Below are positions 22,025 through 28,402 of a stretch of 28,402 nt of DNA, in pieces; position 1 is the stretch's first letter, and the number at the start of each line of letters is the position of its first letter. Below the pieces are notes generated by a model. The model was not told the DNA's origin. It saw nothing but the letters and a program-made list of their open reading frames with translations, and ran no database searches. A program made the translations under genes and the position numbers. The DNA comes from Candidatus Eiseniibacteriota bacterium. Its GTDB lineage: Bacteria > Eisenbacteria > RBG-16-71-46 > DASYSL01. The stretch spans positions 1 to 28,402 of the forward strand of contig JBKJJJ010000064.1 of NCBI GenBank assembly GCA_046598045.1. The letters run 5' to 3'.

Positions 22025-23002
22025 CTAATGAGGAACGGGGCGATTCCGGCCGACCCTGGGCTTGCGGCGGAGCGCGCGCGCGAGCGCAAGCGCGAGCGGG
22101 TGTTCGGGTTCGGCGGCCAGCACGGCCTCGAGCTGGAAGTCGGACTCGCCCCACTGCCCGCGCCGCGAAAGCGCCTCCGCGAGGTAGACCCGGGCCTGGT
22201 GGAACGAGGGATTGAGTTCGAGCGCGCGGCCGCACGCCTCGGCGCAGTCGTCCCACTCGCCGCGCTCGCGCCGCACCAACGAGAGCGCGAGGTGGGCATC
22301 CGGGAAGAACGGATGCTCGTCGACCAGTGCGCGCGCGAGCGCGAGCGCCTCGTCGGTGCGATTCTCGGCGAGCAGCGTCCCCACCTCCCGCAGGCGCTCG
22401 TCCACCGGCGAGGGCTCGAGCCCGAACGCGCGCCTCAGGATGTCCTCACTGCCCTCCCAGTCCGCGTCCGCGAGCTTCTCGAGGCCGCGCCGGAAATCCT
22501 CCGCGACCGGGACCGGCCGCGACTCCCCGAGCTTCCTGAGCAACGCGAGGCTCTCGCCGAGCCGGCCCTGGCGGGCGTCGATCAACGCCAGCTCGACGTG
22601 CGGCGCCGCGTAATTGGGCGCGATCGTGAGCGCGGTCTCGAAGCTCGCGCGCGCGCTCGCCACGTCGAGCAGCCTGAGGCGTGCCATGCCAAGCCGGAAA
22701 TGCAGGTCGGGGAAACGGGGCGCGTCCGCGATCGCTCGCAGCAGGAACGCGGCCGCCCCCTCGACGTCGCCGCGCAGCTCGCGTTCGTGCGCGAGGTCGG
22801 CATGCAGCAGGCCGCGCAGGCGCAGGAACTCGGCATGGCCCCCCGCGACCGGGTCGGACTCCGCGAGGCGGGCGAGCGACTCGAGCGCGCGCGCCGGGCG
22901 GCCGGCGCGGCGCAATGCGAGCACCTCGTCCCACACCGGGTCGGCCGGGCGGTCGGAGGGCAGGGGCGCGGGTTGCGCGCGCTTCTTCGCGGGGCGGGCC
23001 AT
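22025..23002 (-). CDS. Tetratricopeptide repeat protein
   Basis: 325 aa. TPR patterns PRFPDLHFRLG, ALTIAPNYAAPHVELA, HPFFPDAHLALS, ALELNPSFHQARVYLA; no signal peptide. Confidence 0.88.
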   Translation of the reverse strand: MARPAKKRAQPAPLPSDRPADPVWDEVLALRRAGRPARALESLARLAESDPVAGGHAEFLRLRGLLHADLAHERELRGDVEGAAAFLLRAIADAPRFPDLHFRLGMARLRLLDVASARASFETALTIAPNYAAPHVELALIDARQGRLGESLALLRKLGESRPVPVAEDFRRGLEKLADADWEGSEDILRRAFGLEPSPVDERLREVGTLLAENRTDEALALARALVDEHPFFPDAHLALSLVRRERGEWDDCAEACGRALELNPSFHQARVYLAEALSRRGQWGESDFQLEAVLAAEPEHPLALALARALRRKPRVGRNRPVPH

Positions 23003-23074
23003 GTCCTGATTATCGGCGGTTTCGGGGGCGACCTGAAGTCCGGCCAGGGTCCGGGGCGGGCGGCGTGGCGTCGA

Positions 23075-23926
23075 TCATCGCAGCGTCAAAGGGATGGTCA
23101 CGCCGGTGGGCGTGCCGTCCTTCGCCGAGTCCTCGCCCACGAACAGGTCCACCTGGCCGATCGGGCCCCTGGGGATCGTGAGCTCGAACTCGCCCCAGGT
23201 CGTCGCCCAGTCCGCCGCGGTGCCGAACGTCTTCGCCTGCTCCTTGCCATCGACCAGGATGCGCGCGATCACGTTCGACTCGAACGTGCGCGCGTAGCCG
23301 CGGATCGTCAGCGGGTAGCTCGCCTGCCCCGTGCGCGGCTCGAGCACGACCACGTTGTTCGCACGCGGCGCGGGCGCCGGCACGGCGCCGCCGCCCGGGG
23401 AGAGGTCGATGCCGACGCGCGCCGGATTCGGGAGCGTCGGCAGGCGGACGAACGCCGGCTGCGCGAGGTGCAGATCGAGGAAAAAGCCGCCGTCCCGCCC
23501 GTGCACGACGTAGGCGGCGGCGACGAGGCCGCCTCCGAACACGCTGTCGGCCTCGGCGACGCTCGTGACGCCGGCCGGCAGCTCGACGCGCACCACGCCG
23601 TAGGAGCGCATGACGCTGACCTCCCCCCGGATCGGCGCGACCGACACCGGCGACGCGGAGTTCGAGAGGCCGAGCGTCACACGCTCGCACTTTCCTTCCC
23701 GCTTGCGCACGAGCTCCCCGGTGGCGAAGGCCGCGCCGGAATCGGACGCGCCCGCAGGTCCCGCGCCGAACGAGCCATCCTCGATGCCCAACATGGCCGG
23801 GTTGCACAGCGGAGGGTCCCCCGCCGTGCCGTCTGGCTTGCGCGCGGAATCGCTGCGCGCGCAGGCACCGAGCACGAACGCGGAAATCAGGAAAACGAGT
23901 AAGGTCCACCAAAGCCCGACACGCAT
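23075..23926 (-). CDS. Lipoprotein with AMIN-like domain and C-terminal Gmad2 Ig-like domain
   Basis: Lipobox LGAC. C-terminal NVVVLEPRTGQASYPLTIRGYARTFESNVIARI...WGEFELTI resembles Gmad2; the middle all-beta domain ending NPARVGIDL is AMIN-like. Confidence 0.78.
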   Translation of the reverse strand: MRVGLWWTLLVFLISAFVLGACARSDSARKPDGTAGDPPLCNPAMLGIEDGSFGAGPAGASDSGAAFATGELVRKREGKCERVTLGLSNSASPVSVAPIRGEVSVMRSYGVVRVELPAGVTSVAEADSVFGGGLVAAAYVVHGRDGGFFLDLHLAQPAFVRLPTLPNPARVGIDLSPGGGAVPAPAPRANNVVVLEPRTGQASYPLTIRGYARTFESNVIARILVDGKEQAKTFGTAADWATTWGEFELTIPRGPIGQVDLFVGEDSAKDGTPTGVTIPLTLR

Positions 23927-23932
23927 GGCGGA

Positions 23933-23961
23933 ACTCTAGAGGCCCGCACCGGATCAGGCAA
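23933..23961 (-). promoter_or_regulatory. Putative leaderless promoter for the Gmad2 lipoprotein
   Basis: TTGCCT (23961-23956), 17 nt, TAGAGT (23938-23933), 6 nt, ATG (23926); no SD. Confidence 0.6.
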
Positions 23962-24012
23962 GGCCGCAGGCCCCGTCCTGCCTTGCCCTTCGAGCCGCGA
24001 TCGGGGGTCGCC

Positions 24013-24042
24013 TTGCAGGAGTCCCCGCCGCGGTGCTAGCCT
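24013..24042 (+). promoter_or_regulatory. Putative promoter of the sixA-kinase-kinase-CHAD operon
   Basis: TTGCAG (24013-24018), 18 nt ending in TGC (extended -10), TAGCCT (24037-24042). Confidence 0.55.
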
Positions 24043-24107
24043 CGATGGAGTCGGGCTGCGCCTTGCGCAGCCCTCGGACCCTCGATCGAACGGAGCTCCA
24101 CCGCACC

Positions 24108-24623
24108 ATGCTCGTCCTTCTTTTGCGTCACGGTCCTGCGGGCAACGCGGACTCCGGACGCTGGCCGGACGATCGCGATCGTCCCCTGACGTCGCTCGGC
24201 AAGAAGCGCACGCGCCGGGCCGCGCGCGGCATCGTGGCGCTCGCGCCCGACCTCGAGGCGATCTGGACCAGCCCCCTCCAGCGCGCCCGTGACACGGCCG
24301 CGCTCGTCGCCCGGGCCTACACGGTCCCCCCTCCGGTGGTCGTGCTCGACGCGCTCGCGCCCGGAGGCGACGTGTTGCCCGAGTTCACGAAGCGCGGACC
24401 GCGGCGCGTGGTCCTCCTGGTCGGACACGAGCCGACGCTCGGCCTTCTCGCCGGGCAGATGCTGGCGCGCGCGGGGCTCGCGCTAGCATTCAAGAAGGCG
24501 GGCGGCTGCGCGATCGATTTCAACGGCGAGCCGCGGCGCGGCGCCGGCACGCTGGAATGGTTCCTGCCTCCACGGCTCCTGCGGCAGCTCGCGAAGCGCG
24601 CGATCGAGGTCGAGGACGAATGA
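24108..24623 (+). CDS. sixA: SixA-type phosphohistidine phosphatase
   Basis: MLVLLLRHGPA..DRDRPLT..G..IWTSPLQRARDTA..VLLVGHEP..FKKAG, the short SixA-like histidine phosphatase pattern. Confidence 0.9.
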   Translation: MLVLLLRHGPAGNADSGRWPDDRDRPLTSLGKKRTRRAARGIVALAPDLEAIWTSPLQRARDTAALVARAYTVPPPVVVLDALAPGGDVLPEFTKRGPRRVVLLVGHEPTLGLLAGQMLARAGLALAFKKAGGCAIDFNGEPRRGAGTLEWFLPPRLLRQLAKRAIEVEDE

Positions 24624-25321
24624 CCACTCCTGCGAACACCTACGGCGGCAACCACCCGGACTGGCCGGGGCGCCTGTTCATCGTCGAGGGCATCGACGGC
24701 TCGGGCAAGAGCACGCAGCTCACGCTGCTCTCGCAGTGGCTGCAGAGCGAGGGCTATCCGGTCGTGTTCAGCGAATGGAACAGCTCGTCGATCGTGCGCG
24801 AGACCACGCGCCGCGGCAAGAAGCGCAAGATCCTCACGCCGCTGACGTTCTCGCTCCTTCACGCGACCGATTTCCATGACCGCGTCGAGCGCGAGATCGT
24901 GCCGTTCCTCAAGGCCGGCGCGATCGTCCTCGCCGACCGCTACGTCTACACCGCGTTCGCGCGCGACGTCGCCCGGGGCGTGAGCCCGCGCTGGGTGCGC
25001 TCGCTCTACCGTTTCGCGGTCGTGCCCACGATGGCTTTCTACTTCCGCACGCCGCTCGAGGTCGCGCTCAAGCGCATCCTGTCCGGCCGGCCGAAGCTCA
25101 AGCACTACGAGGCGGGCATGGACCTCGATCTCCACGCCGACGTCCAGCAGTCGTATCGCCTGTTCCAGGCGCGGATCCTCGAGCAGTACGAGCGCATCGT
25201 CGGCGAGTACGACCTCACGGTGATGGACGCGACGCGCGCGATCGAGACTCAGCAGCGCGCCCTGCGCAAGGCCATCAAGCCGCACCTCGCCGGCCTCAGG
25301 CGCATGGAGGAGGTGTCGTGA
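24620..25321 (+). CDS. Thymidylate-kinase-fold P-loop kinase; candidate catalytic subunit of a heteromeric polyphosphate kinase
   Basis: ATG 24620 overlaps the sixA stop (ATGA). P-loop IVEGIDGSGKSTQ, LADRYVYT, basic patch TRRGKKRK. Lacks the REPG motif of canonical bacterial Tmk. Confidence 0.88.
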   Translation: MTTPANTYGGNHPDWPGRLFIVEGIDGSGKSTQLTLLSQWLQSEGYPVVFSEWNSSSIVRETTRRGKKRKILTPLTFSLLHATDFHDRVEREIVPFLKAGAIVLADRYVYTAFARDVARGVSPRWVRSLYRFAVVPTMAFYFRTPLEVALKRILSGRPKLKHYEAGMDLDLHADVQQSYRLFQARILEQYERIVGEYDLTVMDATRAIETQQRALRKAIKPHLAGLRRMEEVS

Positions 25322-26067
25322 GCGCGCCCGAGAACGTGACCGAGCGCCGCTTCGCGTCCTATGGCGAGGGCATCCCGGGCATCGATCCGACCGACCTCAC
25401 CGGATGGCTGATCGTGATCGAGGGCACGGACGGTGTGGGCAGGACGACGCACGTCGACCACCTGCGCTCGGTGCTCGAGCGCGCGGGCTACGCCGTGGCC
25501 GAGACCGGCCTCACGCGCTCGGATCTCGCGGCCGAGGGCATTCGCCGCGCGAAGGAGGGCAACACGCTCGGGTCGAACGCCTACAACCTGTTCTACGCAA
25601 CCGATTTTGCGGACCGCCTCGGGCGCCAGATCCTGCCCGCGCTGCGCGCCGGCTTCGTCATGCTGACCGACCGCTACATCTACTCGCTGATCGCGCGCGC
25701 GATCGTGCGCGGCGCGGACGCCGACTGGATCAAGAGCGTGTACTCGTTCGCGCTCCGCCCGGACGCGGTCTACTACCTGCGCATCGAGGTGCCCGATCTC
25801 GTCCCGCGCGTGATCATGAACGGCGGCTTCGACTACTGGGAATCGGGCATGGACCTCCCCATGGGCCAGGATATCTACGACTCGTTCGTCAATTACCAGG
25901 CGCGCGTGATCGAGGAGCTCGACGGCCTCTCGCGCGAGTACGGCTTCGAGACGCTGGACGCGACCCGGCCCGTCGAGGAGACGGCGAACGACCTCGCCGA
26001 GCGCGTGCTCGCCTTGCTCAAGAGCCGCCCCCACGCGGACGAGGACACGTCGGCGCCGGGAGGCTGA
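25318..26067 (+). CDS. Second thymidylate-kinase-fold paralogue with degenerate P-loop; candidate regulatory subunit
   Basis: GTG start overlaps the upstream stop (GTGA), SD GGAGG. P-loop VIEGTDGVGRTT (K->R), LTDRYIYS, YWESGMD; clearly paralogous to the upstream gene. Confidence 0.88.
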   Translation: MSAPENVTERRFASYGEGIPGIDPTDLTGWLIVIEGTDGVGRTTHVDHLRSVLERAGYAVAETGLTRSDLAAEGIRRAKEGNTLGSNAYNLFYATDFADRLGRQILPALRAGFVMLTDRYIYSLIARAIVRGADADWIKSVYSFALRPDAVYYLRIEVPDLVPRVIMNGGFDYWESGMDLPMGQDIYDSFVNYQARVIEELDGLSREYGFETLDATRPVEETANDLAERVLALLKSRPHADEDTSAPGG

Positions 26068-26069
26068 CG

Positions 26070-26978
26070 TTGCTCGCCCACCCCGCCGCCACTTCGGCCC
26101 GCCTCCTGGCCGAGCTCTCCGCCCGTGCCGCGGCCCTGCTCGACGCCGCCGGACGGGTGCGCGGACGCTCGGACGACGAGGCGATCCACGACCTGCGCGT
26201 CGCGATTCGCCGCCTCGCCGGGACGCTGTCGCTCTGGCGCACCGCGCTCGACGAGGCGCCGTCCCGCCGGGCGCGCCGAAGCCTCGCCCGCCTGCGCCGC
26301 CGCCTCGGCGTCGCGCGCGAACGCGAGGTCCACATCGCGCTGCTCTCTGCTCTCGAAACCGACGCCGCGCCCGAGATCGCGGACGCCGTGCGCCTGCTCC
26401 GCCACCGCCTCGAGTCGCGGATCGCCCGCCCGCGGGACGCCGCCGCGCGCATCGCGGGACGCCGCCGCATCGCGCGCATCCTGCGCCGCGTCGAGTCCGC
26501 CGGCGCGGGCCTCGCCGCGCGCGTGGCCGCCACGCCGGGCCTCGTCCCCCATACCGCCGGGCGCGCCGCGCGCCAGCTCGCCGACGCCCGCGCCGCGCTC
26601 GCCCACGCCGGGCGGGTGGGCGACGACGAGGCGCTGCATGCCGCGCGGGTCGCCGCGAAGAAGGCGCGCTACGCGCTCGAGAGCCTCGCGGCGGTCGGGG
26701 TGCGGGAGGACGAGGCGGCGGAGCGCGAGCTGCGCCGGGCCCAGCGCGAACTCGGCGTCGTGCACGATTGGGTGACGCTCAAGGCGTGGATCGAACGGGT
26801 GCGCCTGCGTCGGGCGCGACACGCCTCGGCGGACGTGGCCGCGGAGCTCCCGCTCGGCAACGAGGATCGCGCACTCGCCGCGCTGCTCGAGCGCGTGGAC
26901 GAGCACCTCGTCTCCGCGCGGGACGCGTTCTTCGGAGGGTCTAGCGGCCCCGGCTCGCAGCGCGAGGCCGGCGCCTGA
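26070..26978 (+). CDS. CHAD domain (polyphosphate-binding) protein
   Basis: TTG 26070 with GGGAGG upstream. Duplicated CHAD motifs EAIHDLRVAIRRL and EALHAARVAAKKARY, LGVARE and LGVVHD; Arg-rich and helical. Confidence 0.9.
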   Translation: MLAHPAATSARLLAELSARAAALLDAAGRVRGRSDDEAIHDLRVAIRRLAGTLSLWRTALDEAPSRRARRSLARLRRRLGVAREREVHIALLSALETDAAPEIADAVRLLRHRLESRIARPRDAAARIAGRRRIARILRRVESAGAGLAARVAATPGLVPHTAGRAARQLADARAALAHAGRVGDDEALHAARVAAKKARYALESLAAVGVREDEAAERELRRAQRELGVVHDWVTLKAWIERVRLRRARHASADVAAELPLGNEDRALAALLERVDEHLVSARDAFFGGSSGPGSQREAGA

Positions 26979-28402
26979 CGGGTTTGCGCGTGGGCGCTTT
27001 CGCCACCGCGAACACCACCCGCACGGGCTTGCCGACCAGCTTCGACAGCAGGCTCGCGCGCTCGCGCGCCGCCCACATCTCGAGCCGGGCGGTCTCCCGC
27101 GCCGCCACCCGCAACGTGAGCGCGCCGCCCACACGCGACACCTTGACGCCGCGCACGAGCTGGTACTGGCTGCGGTCGAGCGCCTCGGCGATGCGCAGGA
27201 TCGCCGCCAGCCAGCGCACCGACTTGCGCCCCTTGCGGTCGAGCGCCGCGTAGCCCGGGTCGCTCTTCCGGGGTCGCGCCTTGCCGTGATAGCGCGCCAC
27301 CGCCGCGACGATCTCGAGCTCCGCCGCCGGCAACCCGCGCAGCCCACCGTGCTTGATGATGTAGTACGAGTGCTCGGTGTGGCGATCGTGCTGGATCACC
27401 GATCCGATGTCGTGCAGAAGCCCCGCGTACTCGAGCAGGCGGCGCGCGTCGTCGCCGAGTCCGTGCTCCTTTGCCAGACCGTCGAACAGCGAGAGCGAAA
27501 GGTCCGTGACGTGGCGGGCATGAGTCTCGTCGCCGCGGAAGCGCTCGAGCAACTGCAGCACGCTGCGCAGCCTCAGGTCCACGACCGCGTCGAGCTTCGA
27601 GATTTCCCTGGCGTGGCGCGCGATCTCGTCCGCGAGCAGGCCCTCGCGCACGCCGAAGTCGGACATCGTGATGCCGTCGGCCTTGACCTGCTCGAGCACG
27701 TGCAGCAGCACGATCCCGCCGTGCACCACGATCTCGGCGCGCACCGGGTCGATGCCCTGGATCTTCGCGCGCTCTGCGACGGTCATACCCTCGAGCCACG
27801 CGAGCGTGCGCGCGAGCGAGCGCCGCGACAGCACGTGGCCGTTGAGCTGCGCGATCGGCGGCGCCTCCTCGAGCGCGCGCGCCGCGTAGGCGAGCGCGTG
27901 AATCGATCCCGACGAGCCATAGACCTGCTTGGGCTTGAAGGTGCTCACCGCGGCCAGCCCCGGCTTGGCGGTTTTGCGCACGTAGCGCTGCAGCTTCTCC
28001 AGCGCGGCCTTCTTGGGGGGATCACCCAATGGAAAGAGTTCCCCGAGCCGCAGCGCGCCGAGCGGGGCCGACACCACGTGCTCGAGCTTCTCGCGGTCCC
28101 CCACCACCATCTGGAGGCTGCCGCCGCCGATGTCGAGGATGAGTGACGGCCCGTCCGGCAGCGGCAGCGCGTTCATGACCGCGAGGTGGATCAGGCGGCC
28201 TTCCTCGCGCGCCGGGATCACGCGCGGCGTGATGCCCGCGATCGCGCGCGCCGCGCGCAGGAAGTCGCCGCCGTTCTTGGCCTCCCGCACGGCCGCCGTC
28301 GCGGTGCACGCGATGCGCTCGACGCCCATGCGCCGGGCGAGGGCGACGAAGCGCGCCAGCGCCTCGACGGTTCGCAGGATCGCGTCCTTGCGCAGGCGTC
28401 CG
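26941..28402 (-). CDS. ppx: Exopolyphosphatase Ppx/GppA family with C-terminal HD domain, 5' end outside the window
   Basis: Frame is open to the window end (GRLRKDAILRTVEALARF). ATAAVREAKN, EEGRL, DIGGGSLQ, GVREG, HD domain LLHDIG..HSYYII..ARYH..LRIAEALDRS. Confidence 0.95.
   Translation of the reverse strand, partial: GRLRKDAILRTVEALARFVALARRMGVERIACTATAAVREAKNGGDFLRAARAIAGITPRVIPAREEGRLIHLAVMNALPLPDGPSLILDIGGGSLQMVVGDREKLEHVVSAPLGALRLGELFPLGDPPKKAALEKLQRYVRKTAKPGLAAVSTFKPKQVYGSSGSIHALAYAARALEEAPPIAQLNGHVLSRRSLARTLAWLEGMTVAERAKIQGIDPVRAEIVVHGGIVLLHVLEQVKADGITMSDFGVREGLLADEIARHAREISKLDAVVDLRLRSVLQLLERFRGDETHARHVTDLSLSLFDGLAKEHGLGDDARRLLEYAGLLHDIGSVIQHDRHTEHSYYIIKHGGLRGLPAAELEIVAAVARYHGKARPRKSDPGYAALDRKGRKSVRWLAAILRIAEALDRSQYQLVRGVKVSRVGGALTLRVAARETARLEMWAARERASLLSKLVGKPVRVVFAVAKAPTRKPVRRRPRAASRGR

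Noticed and set aside
22016..23902. 628-aa plus-strand ORF and perfect TTGACA at 22016
   Set aside because: The ORF is antisense to the TPR and Gmad2 genes; no convincing -10 at 16-18 nt from the hexamer.
25404..26069. N-terminal half of the 524-aa ORF, suggesting a CHAD fusion
   Set aside because: Overlaps the second kinase in another frame; CHAD has its own SD and TTG at 26070.

Overview
Very GC-rich bacterial chromosomal DNA, gene-dense and mostly housekeeping. I saw no RNA genes, CRISPR arrays or mobile elements. The FCB-type SecA insertion and a FlgD/T9SS-CTD-like tail suggest an FCB-affiliated lineage outside Bacteroidetes (e.g. Ca. Eisenbacteria-like); this is inference. Gene order: uvrC (-, truncated, with an inverted fold-back at the window edge) | rpsT, small exported protein, FN3/beta-propeller lipoprotein (+) | a long minus-strand run read right to left: Gmad2 lipoprotein, TPR protein, csp, secA, smg, topA, xerC, hslV, hslU, Ig-like lipoprotein, dapF, secreted GH32-like hydrolase, dapA, dapB, peptidase-PD40-Omp85 protein | sixA, two tandem thymidylate-kinase-fold paralogues and a CHAD protein (+), converging on an HD-domain Ppx/GppA (-, truncated). 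The strongest candidate system is this last block. It looks like a bacterial polyphosphate locus in which the paired 'dTMP kinases' (one canonical P-loop, one with Walker A K->R) form a heteromeric polyphosphate kinase like archaeal family-3 PPK. Also notable: an N-terminal histone-H1-like KKAAG repeat on TopA, a POTRA-less metallopeptidase-Omp85 fusion, a palindromic operator candidate over the uvrC promoter, and two probable leaderless genes.
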